DNA from: Marsupella aquatica | Taxonomy: Eukaryota; Plantae; Marchantiophyta | Reading direction: 5' to 3' | Assembly: GCA_973895155.1 (NCBI GenBank) | Contig: OZ316892.1 | Span: 21,577,619-21,641,618, forward strand | Length of the DNA stretch: 64,000 bases | Shown: positions 24,461 to 37,574 of the stretch, one piece after another | How the letters are laid out: each line of letters begins with the position of its first letter | Numbering within the stretch: the first letter of the stretch is position 1 | The notes under the pieces: model-generated | Databases searched by the model: none | What the model was told of the DNA's origin: nothing | The model's input: only the letters and a program-made list of their open reading frames with translations | Program-made: the position numbers and the translations under genes

Positions 24461-25978
24461 AATGGCAGAGGTGAAATGGATTGAACTCTGACTTTCAAAA
24501 TTAGTTTTAGCTAAGGTTGGCTGCTCCAACACGTACTATTATTAGTGGGGCACTAGTAAGTACTGAATGGGGTATGGGTGAGTATTAAGTGGGGTAGTGG
24601 GGTACAAGTGGGTTGTAGTGGGTGTATGTCTGAGGACCATTCAACACATTTTGAAAGCAGTCAGGTTTCACAATTGCGCTTGATGTGGTAAATTGTGTGC
24701 ACTACATCCAGTTGAGTTGGAGTTACATTGAATGTACACTTATTATCATTTTATATATGAGGGACCGCGTGCACAGTCCATTTGAAGCCAACTACCTGAG
24801 CCTACTTACATTTTGTACATTGATTTCACCACTTTTTGGTAGTCAGGGGAAACTAACATGGGGAATTCCACCAAAGAGGTGAGCTTCTTGACTCATTAGC
24901 CTAAAGCACATAGGTAAATTACTAACATATGAACCCATCCACACCAAGGCGGTTGGTTCACTATCATGTAATAGGGGAAAAATACCCGAAGTAATTCAGT
25001 AACCTAAAGCATGTACCCTCTGAGGTTAATTAGCCTACATAACCCATGTAATCAATCTCCTAACACTGCATATCCTCCTTGTGCTCTCTAACAATGCCTG
25101 GAATAATCTGATTGCGTGCTTTTCAACTTGTGCACCCCATACTCATGCTCAGAATCACTTTTGGTCAAATTAAATCAATTGGGGTTTGCAGGTTTTGGGT
25201 TTGCAATCATGTACCCAAGGTCTCACTCCAACTCCCATTTCCACCAGTTCTTCTCTGCCTTTGGGTCCCTTGTCTATTTTGAGAGCCCATCCTTTCCATC
25301 AAATAATCTTTGCATAATCTTAAGTCTTGCTCACTTTATAAAGCCCTTTGGGTAATTTGTTTCATGAGGGAATCACTTAGGCTAAAAAGCCTAATACCCT
25401 TGTGAACATGTACTTACATGTTACATACCCCTTATTAGTTCCCATATGATTGAAAAGTTTAAGAGACACTTGAATTTAAGTATAATAAATAATTACAGAC
25501 CCCCATGAGAGGTCCCTTGCAAAATTCAAGACTCCACATGTAGCGCACCGCATCATCATGGCGTAATGCAAACAAGAACAAATTTGTTTCCAAATTCAAA
25601 TAGCTCATCCTTTCGTGTTTGTGGCAAGTTCTGGGTAAACTTCAGGGTGCCATGCCATAAAATATAATCTAATTTCATTTGAGTGTAAATACTTTTGAAC
25701 TTATTATAAAACAAAAGCACATTTTTTGGCGAGATTGGACTTTAAGAAGAAAGCACAGACGATTCAGCAACATTCCCAAGGTCGTGAATGTTTGAGAATT
25801 GAAGCACACTCAGATGATTGAACGTTTAATTGAGAAGTACACTCAGATGATTGAACAGGTCGTCCCCCACACGACCGACCTCACCTCCTCCTCCCTCCTA
25901 AGCTCACTCCTCTCCTTGCTCTTTGGTCACAGCTCCTCCCTCAGGCATCAGTTTCCTAGCCAGCAGCGCATCGCCTTG

Positions 25979-26042
25979 CTATGACCTTGGCCAGGATATT
26001 TCTGGAAACCTGGGGCAAGGGAATGGTACTTTCGTTTCCAGT
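25979..26042 (-). pseudogene. Inverted 64-bp fragment of SKP1-like exon 1
   Basis: The reverse complement encodes [21 protein letters not shown] and is nearly identical to ~35568-35631. Confidence 0.9.
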
Positions 26043-26964
26043 AATTCAAACGCTGAGTGAGCTGAAAATTTCCAAAGTTTCATTTGAGCGGATTTTCTTA
26101 TTAGTTGTACTGACCACCAAGGACATTCAAGTGCATGTATATAGGAACCAATGATACTACTTGTTGGACAATAGCTCTAGGAATTTGATTATGTTCTCTT
26201 TGAATTGTTGCAGCGTCCTAACCTGTTGCAAGGAATGCCCGGCTAGTGTACGTTCCCCGCCGGCCAGTCAAAAATTTGAACTCTGGCTCCCACCAATGCT
26301 TTCGTTCCTGCCAGATGAGTCAGAGACCAAAGACTTGTCCCCTTGAATGCATTCATACCAAACTGACCAAAGTCTACAAACCCTTGCTTGCCGTAGGTGA
26401 CTCGATCAGACACCAAACACTTGTTGCCTTGCAGTCATTCAGCAGCGTCATACAAAACTGACGAAAGACTACAAAAGCCTCCTTTTGTTCTCCGGGCAAG
26501 TATATATAGCTCTTCAGCAAGGACGATTTCTTCAGTTTTATGTTGAGGCAGGAGTGGCTTGCATCATCAGAGTGCATATTCAACATCTTCAGAGTTTTGA
26601 GCTTAACCGTCAGGTATTAGCATGCATCTCTTTGCACCGTTTACTCGCGATCCTTGGTATGTTTTGCGTTATAGCTTACTTTCCCAGCTTTCCTACTTGT
26701 GGATCGATAGAGTTCGTTCGGTTATCTTGCCATGTAAAAGATAGAGCTGCGCAATATCTCCGACCAAGACTGTAAAAGTAAAAAGTATATAGCTAAGAAA
26801 TCGCTTCATCCTGGTTGCCAACAGTTGTAATATGCACATGATCAACAGGATAAATTCGTTGGCAGGTCTTCTGGGCTAAGTGCAGAAAACGACTGGAGGA
26901 AGAGCAACTAAGTAGGATATAACGCTGACCGCTAGCCAATCAAGCAACGACCAGATCAACCAAC

Positions 26965-27649
26965 ATGTCAATCAACACGCGAGTCAACAGGAAGGTGCAG
27001 CTCAAGTCGTCGGATGGTGTTATATTTGAAGTGGACATTTCCGTTGTGCAATACTCAGAGACGTTGACAGATATCGTCGAGGTCACTGGAAACGAAAGTA
27101 CAATTCCTTTGCCCAATGTTTCCAGAAATATCTTGGGCAAGGTCATAGAGTATTGCGCATATCATCGGCACTTTGAACAGATTACAGATGAGAAACCAGC
27201 AGCTACGAACGATGAAATCAAACGGCGTGATGCTGAGTTTCTCCAGGTTGATCATGGCACTCTTGTCGGTCTCATCAAAGTAAGTTTTACACACTGAAGC
27301 AAGCTCATTTATTTCGTGACTAGGGTGTTTCTAAACTTCGTGACTAGGGTATTTCTCTTGATTACATTGCAGTATTTACTTTCACCTGCAAGTTAGTGGG
27401 TAGTGCTGAGGTTCCTCTAACGTGACTTTATGAACTCCAATCTTATCTTCTTGCGGGTGTTCTTGCTTCTTGCAGGCAGCTCACTACCTCAATATGAAAA
27501 TTTTGTTAGATTTAGCGTGTCAAAGAGCTGCTGACATGATCACAGGTAAGACTCCTGCTGAGATAAGACGAATTTTTGGGATGGTGAACCACTACGATCC
27601 CGAAAAAGAAGGGGAATGGAGGAGGGAAACCAAGTGGATCTTTCACTAG
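26965..27649 (+). CDS. SKP1: SKP1/ASK-like protein, copy 1 (exons 26965-27279 and 27476-27649; 162 aa)
   Basis: [46 protein letters not shown]. Phase-0 GT-AG intron just before AAxYLN, the usual plant SKP1 position. Confidence 0.93.
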
Positions 27650-28129
27650 CTAGCTTCAGATTGTAAACCAGGATTGAAAGTAGTCCATATTGAAAGGAAT
27701 GGCTTCGAGATATGTTTGTTGATAGGAGTCCAATCTGCCAATACTGGTTTCCACTTTCTAGTCAATGGGTGCGGTCTAGTCGTTGGGTGCGGTCCAGTTC
27801 AAACGAGACAAGATGTTTGAGAAATTAGAGCAGCTTAGCTAGACGTTTCCAGTCTCTTTTATTGAACAAGGCCTATGGTGACCTTTTGACAATGATGGCC
27901 TGATGTCTGATCTGATTAACTATATTTCTACAAACACTTATTGTGATGTATTTCGGCAACGCTTCTTACTGCCAACAAAGATGTACTGTCACTCTGCTTG
28001 CATGGCTTGATTATGTTTTTTCGCTGAGCCTGGCTTGAATCGGACCCCTCTTTTTCCTCAGCTGTGCACTTTTGGTTACTCTAGACTCCATGGAGTATTT
28101 TGTTTTAAATCTAATACATTTCAGAAAAA

Positions 28130-28335
28130 TTTATAGACTCACAGGTCAAACTATCCTATACTATAACGCAAGCTGGAAAGCAAGTTGGAAGCTAGATTTT
28201 GAATTAGACATAGAAGGAGACCCTAGGTAGCAGCAGTTAGCTTGTATATAATACAGCTCATTCAAAACCTCAAGCTACGATATAGTCAGGACGGTGATCT
28301 ATTTAGACTTATTCTGAATATCGTACGTGCTATCA
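28130..28335 (-). repeat. Inverted copy of the block upstream of SKP1 copy 2 (~34640-34830)
   Basis: TAGACTCACAGGTCAA and TAGAAGGAGACCCTAGGTAGCAGCAGT are reverse complements of sequence in 34720-34830. Confidence 0.85.
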
Positions 28336-28692
28336 TTTTAACTGTCTAACCATGCACCAAAGTGCAGAATTGTGATTGACGGGGAAGAAAAATAACCCAT
28401 GTGGGCAAAAGAAGGGAGACATAAAATTAATATGTTTTAAAAATAGGAGCACCAATTGAATGGTGGGCGTACCCAATGCAAAGTGAGAGTGCAAAGTGAG
28501 AGGATGACTGATGATCCATGAAATTCAATCCCCCCCCCCCAACATATATACAATGTGGGAGGGGCTAGTAAGGGTGAATAGATAATAACAAACACTAAAA
28601 ACCTATGATTATACTCTAAAAACAATTTAAGACCATTAGAAAGAAAAATAACCCACCTTCCCAAGAAAACAGAAACCCCTCACCTTACCCCT

Positions 28693-28788
28693 CTAGAAAA
28701 AGTTTTTAAATGGGGTTGAATATTTTGTTGGAGCTAGGGACTAGAAAAAGTTTATAAATGGGGTTGAATCTTTTGTTGGAGCTAGGGA
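28693..28788. repeat. 48-bp tandem duplication
   Basis: CTAGAAAAAGTTT(T/A)TAAATGGGGTTGAAT(A/C)TTTTGTTGGAGCTAGGGA occurs twice. Confidence 0.9.
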
Positions 28789-29782
28789 ATTTGCCACATG
28801 TCCTTAAATAAAAACCGAAGTTGTCAAGAATGCTAGAACAAAAAGGATCTAGAAAAAGAATATTGGTTGTCTTTTCTTTAAAAAGATTAAAATCAATCCT
28901 GAAAGTACTTGTTAAGATTAGTTCTGGGTAGTTTATATTTATTTCACATTATCTTGAAAATTGTTTCATCAAGGTTCACGACTTCCCACTATACCAAAGA
29001 GTCAAAATCATTGCATTCATTCAACCACAAATTAAGATAGAATGTTTTAAATGTTCTTTCTAAAATTTGGAATGAATCCAAAAGGTGATTGATACCAGAA
29101 TTGCTGGCTACATTCAAAATCAGAAATTGATTTGCCCAACATGAAAAATGTCTGTTCCAAATCAATGACTGTGCATGACGAAATTACTCCACACCCAATA
29201 TATTATATAATTCGTAGTTTTTATAGTTTACCTCCACTTTAATCCAAAAATTCAAACTTTCCCACACTGTTAACCTTAGTCTTGTAAGAAAACTGTACTC
29301 GATTTAAAGCGCAAAGTAAGGTAGCCCAGCAACATATTATGTGAAACAAATTAAATATAAACTGCAATACCAATAATAATTGCAACCAGCTGCGTGTTTT
29401 CACTCACCCGTGCTCTCACTAAATAATCACCTTCGATTGTATTCAAAAAGAAGTTTTGAGAAATTGAAAACACAATACGGAATCCAAGGTGCTATACAGG
29501 TATTGTTTAAAAGAACTCAAATCCTCAAAAGCACTACTTCCAAAAGTCTCCAACCTATTTTGCCATTTAGTTTCCTCATTCAGTTTTGGGTTCTTGATGT
29601 TGGGGGTGAAATCCACTAGCTACCATTTTCAGTAACATATCTTATCTACAAAATAGCGCGCATTTTATCCAAGAATACCACTGAGAAGTTAACATAAGCA
29701 GTCTATGGGGCTCATGGTCAGCTTCAAAATAATTCAAAACATGCATAGTTTTGGAGTTTTATTCACACAACGTAACCATTCA

Positions 29783-30172
29783 AGCAGAGTGACAGGACAT
29801 CTTTGTTGGCAGTAAGAAGCGCTGCCCAAATACAGTACCGCCAGTTGTTTTAATTTTTTTCATTACCGTAAGTGTTTGCAGAAATATAGTTACTCAGATC
29901 AGACGTCAAGCTCTCAAACAACTTGTCTCGATTGAACTCGACCGCACCCCAGGACTAGACCGCACCCAATGACTAAGTGGAAACCAGTATTGGCAGATTG
30001 GCCCCCTATCACACATATCTCGAAGCCATTCCTTTCAATATGGTCGACTACTTTCAATCCCGGTTCACAATCTGAAGCTAGCTAGTGAAAGATCCACTTG
30101 ATTTCCCTCCTCATTTCCGCTTCTTGGTCGGGATCATAGTGGTTCACCATCCCGAAAATTCGTGTGATCTCC
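29783..30172 (-). pseudogene. Inverted SKP1-like 3' fragment (end of exon 2 plus 3' UTR)
   Basis: Minus strand reads [29 protein letters not shown], followed by sequence homologous to ~27650-28000. Confidence 0.92.
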
Positions 30173-30297
30173 GGAGGGAGGGAGTAAGGAGTCACGAGTC
30201 GAGTGCAAAGGGAGGGGAGTTAGTCAAGTGGGGAGGGACGGAAGTCAAGTGGGCGGAGTTAGTCAAGTTGCGGGCCGGACTTGGCTGCGCGGCGCTT

Positions 30298-30513
30298 TTA
30301 TGCTGTTTCGTATGCGATCAGGAACGCCATGTTGTGAGTACGAAAGCTACGAAAGGAGTTCGGGCAGCTACGAAAGGAGTTTGCCCGAACTGCGGGTCGA
30401 TCCCAGCAGATATGAAAGTAAGAGACTCTTGTCGATTCTGTTTCATTCCAATCTGCTGGAGGACGCATCATGTCGTTACCTGCACCACCTGTGGTCCGCC
30501 CCTCAAGAGGTAG
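30298..30513 (+). pseudogene. Small plant zinc-ribbon protein (zinc_ribbon_15-like), no in-frame ATG
   Basis: CCFVCDQE...GVCPNCG...RFCFIPICWRT...CTTCG matches a known small plant family. Internal duplication ATKGVRA-ATKGV. Confidence 0.65.
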
Positions 30514-32233
30514 ATAAGTGGCATAGATCGGTGGAGAAATTGGGGAAGTAGTTTTTGTGAAGATGGGCTCGTTAAACCCATTTCCCCCACTTAATTTATG
30601 ACCGAGCTAATGGACCGTGTGATGCATTTAAGGAAGTATCCTGCCCATGGCCGCCATGATGGAGGACAAGCATCGCGGCTGGATTGACGACTGTATAGAC
30701 TTAGGTGAAGTCAATGTGTTTCCAATTGTCGTGGATCAGGCTGGAGAACCGATCATAGTTTATCCTCCATGAAGGCTTGTGTATCCAATTGTCTTGGATC
30801 AGGCTGGAGAACCGATCAAAAATTATTCTCCATAAGGCTGGGGAACTCAAATTCTGTGAATATCTTCCCACTCCAGTCTAGCTAGGGACGCGGGATTGAG
30901 GGGCACCTTGTGAAATCATACTAAAGTTTTGATACATGATGATCTTCTCAATTGAGATTTTCTTAGTGCAGAGACTTGCACCGGATCTGCGAAAATTGAG
31001 GCTGAACTTCTGCTAGTAATAGGCGACATGAGCACAGTGATATTTTATCCTCGGAATTCATTCTGTACTTTGTGGAATGGAGTTTTAAGCTTTCTGTGAA
31101 TATAATTTTCCTACAGACTTTTTAGTCACCGCCATGCATTCAACATCGGAAATTCAGGACAACCTTCTCCGGAAGTTTGATATCCTTGGAACATAAGCTG
31201 AGATAGAATTATTCTGTAATCGTCAACAAGTATGCTGCTTCTCTATAGCTGAAACTCATTAATTTGAAATGACAAAATTCCGAAAATTTATATGTAGTAT
31301 TGCACTAAGGACATAAATCAGCATTTAATGCCCAAAACTCGATATTCGATTCCATGGAAGAACAAGAAAGAAATGATTTTCTATCATTTAACACTTATGA
31401 ATGACTAAAGTAATAAAAACACAGATTTGAGCCTTTTACTATGATTGTTCAGCAAGACATAGATTTGAATGTTTGCTTAACATTATAAATATAATTAATA
31501 AAATGGAAACAAATAACAAAACACAATGAACTCTTGAGGTATAATGAGGGAGTCTGGAAAACACCAAGGTAACTTCTCATCAATACTTTATTTGATATGA
31601 TTTGGGTGGTATATCCGTAAGAACATTTCTGGAATAGATTACTGTACTAGGATGATTACTAAAATACCGTCAACACATCTCAACTTTTCCTTCCAAAGGT
31701 ACTCAGAAGAAACTAGTAATCAATCACTTCGATATCCAGTCGGTACTCTGAGTCACGAATAATAAACACCATCATGATCAAATTGAAGTCACAGGTAATT
31801 GGTGAGTAACAATCTTTGCATCCGTGCACAAGCAATGTCACGCCAAAAACTATACATCAAGAACTCAAGAAGATGGGTTGTCACCACTTAAGGAATCTAT
31901 TCCCTCATATTTCTGAGATTCTACTCCATACAAATAATTTTACTTCAATGATCTAAACTCTTAATCATTCAGACCAAGGAAGGGAGAAAAATTTCTTTGC
32001 ATTTGCAAGCTCCATACCATACAGAGACACACGAAAGCTTTGCAAAGGTGATTATAGTGTTGCAGCACATGCCACAGGCACTACTTTATTTCTTCACACT
32101 TGAAAATGACAAATTCTACTTCATATAGGCTAGCAGGAATGCAAGGAGACTGAGAGACTGAAAGGACATGCTCTTTCATATCTAAAGGATCTTGAATAAA
32201 CTTAATGACAGTCATCCTTGAAAATTGAATGGA

Positions 32234-33074
32234 CACTGCTAAAAGTGTCAAAAATGCAGGGGACGCTTCTCAAAACGTCGAGGTTTGAGCGGACGCTTTG
32301 CAACGCGTCGGTGTTTGCGGTAAAACTAATAAACAGTGATCTTAATATAATTTTAACTTCTAAACTTAGAGTCGGAATGAGTTGAAACTTTTCTAGGGTA
32401 CTCTACTACATATAATCTCAATGCTGACAAAGTTTCAGACTTTTTTGAGATCTCTAAGTGCCTCAAATAAATCGGTAAAAGTGGCACGGTGTTATAAAAG
32501 TGCGAAAACTAAAAAAATTTCTAAGTGTCGGGAACATAGTGGACGCTTCAGGAAGCGTCCAAAACTACAAAGGACTTTTGTGGACGCTTCACAAAGCGTC
32601 GGTTGAATTTCGAGATTTTGGTCGCAGCGTCCGTCTTCTGGTCTTCGGGCGGGACGCTTCAGTGGGCGTCGCAGTGTCGATGTCGCCTTTGGGGTAGCAG
32701 ACGCTTCTGAAAGCGTCATGGTCTTGGGTGGATTGTAGAGCGTCGGAGTACAGCTGGTTGGGTGGCGGACGCTTCAGAAAGCGTCGAAACTTGGTGGATG
32801 CTTCCGAAAGCGTCGCTTCTCATGTGGACGCTTCACAAAGCGTCGTGGTCTTGGGTGGACGCTTTTCAAAGCGTCCAAAAATACAAAGGACTTTTTTCAA
32901 AGCGTCGGCGAAGTCGCGGCTATGTAAAAAATAGCTAAACTAAAATAATTTTAACTCTCAAACCACATGTCGGTTTGAGATGAAACTTTCAGGGATGATT
33001 CTACTACGCAACTACTACCTCCTGAAAAAGTATGAGACTTTTCTGAATGTGAAAACTATTTAACTAAAATAGCA
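32234..33074. mobile_element. Non-autonomous CACTA-like element with GACGCT/AGCGTC palindromic repeats
   Basis: CACTGCTA start and TAGCAGAG end (imperfect). Many GACGCTTnnnnAAGCGTC hairpin units. No TSD confirmed. Confidence 0.5.
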
Positions 33075-35447
33075 GAGATTGGTTGATTGTGATAATTGTA
33101 TACAGAGCTCATTCTTGTTGAAGAAGTGTTTTGGAGTCCGGTTCTTGAATCTTCTAGTCTGCATTGCTTCTCCAATGATGTCCAGTCTTCTTTCTCGGTA
33201 GCATGTAAAGAGCAAGGATTTATATTGTCGATCCTTATCCAATAGAGGCAATAACCTCTAATGAAGCATAATATTAGGTAAAGTGTTCAGTTGATCTAAA
33301 TTGCTACAAAAGGTAACTAGATTGCACCTTTGAGTTAGAAAAAATTTAAAATTTATAAAATTTCCATCATTTTTAACTTATATACAACATTATATTATAC
33401 TCGGCACTAAACTATCTGAACGGAAGTGCACTCTGAGTTTTGGCCCAAAATTGCTACATACGCTTTATGGTTTAAGAATCTTCTTCTCAAGCAAACGTGC
33501 ATTCGAATTGTTCTGTTAGACTTATGTCTAATCAATCACAAGAAGCTATCGCATACCGATGCTACTCAGCTCAATTAGAGAGACCCACAACTTGTCCCTT
33601 GTTGGAAGTAGATTTATTGCAATTAGTCTGGTTATACAACAGTCCTCTGGAGAAGGTGAATCGAAAGCAGGATACTGAGCTTGTGTATGCTGTGCATTTA
33701 TAGATTATCAAGTAATTCGATACGCTAGTACAAACGGGCCATTTTATTGAGAGAATTAAGCGTGAAGGGTATTATATAGTTGATATGCGAGATCCTTCGT
33801 GCCTTCACACACTCCGTGCTGAAGAGCATTATGTATAATTCCCCTAGCTCTACCAATAATTACAACCCTTTGTGAATCTTGAAGCGCGAACCTTCGGGCA
33901 TCAGGTCATATGAAGTCTTGTGTGGTGTGATTAGTGGCTTCAAATTCTCAAATGTTGCAATGACCACTTGCAACACAGCCGCTTGAACAGAATTATAAAT
34001 AACGAATGCGAATATGATACCCAACATTATCAATCAGCTGAAGGAAATTCCACGGGAACTCCATAAACCATTTATACCTTCATCGCTAGCAAGGATCATT
34101 ACTCTTTAATTCATGTAAGGATTTTTCTCACTTAGTAAAACCCTCGGGAAATTCCTCTCGTAATTGGGACTTGCCTTGCAGTACACATTGGCAAAAAACT
34201 TGGAAGGGGAATTTGGTATATATCCTGGAATTGGTAGCGAAACTTCGGTACGCTGGATCCAGACATTATGACACAGAATATCGTTACAGAGTTGGTCCAA
34301 GCGCCTTAAATCTGGCAAACCCTTCATCCAGTATAAGGTTATATGGTTGTCGAGTGACTTGGACATTAGAATCGACTTCATAGCCAAATGTGGGGTAGAT
34401 CCTACCAATCACACCCTGCAGATTTTGAGGCTTTCTATTTGTAAATGACCTCAAGGTACAGTATCAAAACTCCAAATGAATTGACCTGTGAGGAAGCGAA
34501 AAGTGTCTCAGTTTTGCACTCTCTTAAGCATCCAGTGGAAACGGTCTGCCCATCCTTGCAAATCTAGCTAGCACACGAGAATGGTGAGTAACGAAATCTT
34601 CTAGGCAAGCCATGGTCTTAAGAAGTTAAAATGATCGATATCACGTACGATATTTAGATTGAGTCCAAGTAGATCAACGTCCTGACTATCGTAGATTGAG
34701 GTTTGAATGAGCAAGATCACTTACTGCTGCTACCTAGGGTCTCCTTCTATATCTAGCTTCAGAATCTAGCTTCAAACTTGCTTTCCGCTTGCTTCATAGT
34801 ATAGGATAGATTGACCTGTGAGTCTAGAAATTTAGGGTTGTGACCAAAGACTACAAACCGCTTGATTTCGTAGGTGACTCAGAGCCCAAACACTTGTTCC
34901 CTTGAAGTCATTCAGCAGCATATACCATACGAAATTAAACTGACCAAAGACTACGCCCAAAAGCTTCATTTTGTTCTACCAGCAAGTATATATAGCTCAT
35001 TAGCAAGGATGGTTTCTTCAGTTTTATGCTGAGGCAGGACCGGCTTGCATCTTCGGAGTGCATATTCAAGATCTTCAGAGTTTTGAGCTTAACCGTCAGG
35101 TATGGCATGCATCTCTTTGCACCTTTTACTCGCCATCCTTGGTATATTCCCAGCTTCCTACTTGTGGATAGACTTCGTTCGGCTATCTTGCCATGTAAAC
35201 GATAGAGCTGCGCACATATCTGATCGAGTACTTTAAACGTATACAGTATATATATAGTCAAGAAATCGCTTCAGCCTCATTGCCAACAATTGTAATATGC
35301 ACATATCAAAACCTTTCAACAGGAAAAATTCGCGCGTTGGCAAGTGTTCTGGGCTACGAGCAGAAACGCCTGGAGGGAACGGCAACTAAGTAGGGTTTAA
35401 CGCTGACCGGTAGTCAAGCGAGCAACGCAACGACCAGATCAACCAAC

Positions 35448-36141
35448 ATGTCAACTAACAGGCGAGTCAACAGGAAGGTGCAGCTCCAGTCGTCGGATGG
35501 TGCTATATTTGAAGTGGACATTTCCGTTGTGCAACACTCAGTGACGTTGACAGATATCATCGAGGTCACTGGAAGCGAAAGTACCATTCCCTTGCCCCAG
35601 GTTTCCAGAAATATCCTGGCCAAGGTCATAGAGTACTACGCATATCATTGGCAGTTTGAACAGATTACAGATGAGAAACCAGCAGCTACCGAGGATGAGA
35701 TCAAACAGCGTGATGCTGAGTTTCTCCAGGTCGATCATGGCACTCTTGTCGGCCTCATCAACGTAAGTTTTGCATACTGAAGCCAGTTCATTGTTTTAAC
35801 TCTAGTCTTCGTGACTAGGGTATTTCTCTTGATTACATTGCAGTAGTTTCTTTCACCTCCAGGTTAGTGGGTAGTGCTGAGGTTTCTCTACGGTGACTTT
35901 ATGAACTCCATTCTTATCTTCTTGCGGGTGTTCTTGCTTCTTGCAGGCAGCCCACTACCTCAATATGAAGAATTTGTTGGATTTGACGTGTCAGAGAGCT
36001 GCTGACATGATCACGGGCAAGACTCCTGCGGAGATCAGACGAATTTTCGGGATGGTGAACCACTACGATCCCGAAGAAGAAGCGCAAATGAGGAGGGAAA
36101 TCGAGTGGATCTTTCACTATATAGCTAGCTTCAGATTGTAA
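35448..36141 (+). CDS. SKP1: SKP1/ASK-like protein, copy 2 (exons 35448-35762 and 35947-36141; 169 aa)
   Basis: Same motifs and intron position as copy 1. Homology extends ~600 bp upstream (34841 vs 26365) and ~100 bp downstream. Confidence 0.93.
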
Positions 36142-37574
36142 ACCAGGATTGAAAGTAGTCCATATTGAAAGGAATGCCTTCGACATATTTGTGTTAATAT
36201 GAGGCCAATCTGCCAATACTGGTTTCCACTTTCTAGTCGGTACTTAGTGGGGTATGAAACTTAGAATACTCTTCATAACTTGGCACAATAGTTGGGTGAG
36301 AACTTCTTCTATGGGTTGCATAATTAGCTCAGATATTGGAGAGATTTTGCCTTTAGCTTGGTAGGAGCTGGGCCATCTCATTTTGCCTCCACATTTTCAA
36401 AATATCCTTGAATGGTCTCTGTATCAAGATTGATGTTGAATGCGCAATGTAAGCATAATTATTCATAAACATTTGAGTCTTTAGAACTCTCAAGCGTTGC
36501 AGTCCTGTTTGAGCCAATACCTAGCCTGTTGAGCTTGAGCTAAAACCTTTAATGCATCTTATTTGGCCCTTTTATTCTTTTGCATTCTTCTTTGCCAATG
36601 AGTTGCAAGAGCCCTCTTGTTATTATTTTTCATAGATTCGAACTCACATTGTCTGCATGCCTAGCTCCAAAATGTCAGTTTCTTATCTGGCCAACCTGTG
36701 GTTTTCTAGAAGGACAAATTTTGATCTCCTTATCTCCTTCTCTCCTTCAACATTATGCCTGAGCTAATTGACCACTCTCTGCTTACCCTTTGCCAAAATT
36801 TTGGTGATATATACATGATCCTCCAACATTGTCCATCTTGGGCAATCTTTAAATATTTAGTAGCAAACAGAAAACATGGAGTCCTTGCTCTTGCTTGCTC
36901 TTGGGATGACATTACTTTTAAAGTTCTCTGACCTTGTCAACAAGCTTGTTGGATGTGTCCTTGAATGTTGTTGCCGTGCCTAAAAACTAGGTCTTTGACA
37001 GATCTATGGCACCCAATAAAGTGGGGGGTCCGTAGCATTCCAAATGTCACCCCACTAACTTGCTCTCAAGGGACCTGCTTGTCAGGCCTACTTTAATTCA
37101 AAACCTCCACCAGGAACCACCACCCCTTGTTCCACTCAAAGTGCTCGCTTGGCCTACACGCTCATTTTCAAACCCAACCCAACACATAGAACCTGGAAAA
37201 TCTCCCAAGTCTGAATCATAGCAGAACTAGCTCAATACCCGTGTGGTGCCCAAAAGATATCATTAAGAAAAAAGATGTAGTGTCACCTAACTACGTACTC
37301 GCCGAACTAAGATGTCATTATGTGAAAGATGTCAAGAAAAAAGAAGTCGGTTACTTTGCCAATGATGTTGTCATAATGTGAAAGATGCATGTCATGATTA
37401 AGAAAAAAGAGTTTGTGCCACCAAAACAGTTGTTATGTGAAAGATCTCGTCAAGTAAAAAGTTTTTGCTAACAAAAATGAAGTTGTTGCCAAAGATGTTG
37501 TTATGTCAAAGATGCTTGGAAAGATGTCATCAAGTAAAAAGTTGGCATTGTTAAGAAATAAAGGGGACAGTTTT

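Noticed and set aside
26940-27297. ORF-track ends (VSFTH / VSFAY) and antisense ORFs over the SKP1 genes
   Set aside because: The ends are intron read-through, and the antisense ORFs recur only because the genes are recent duplicates.
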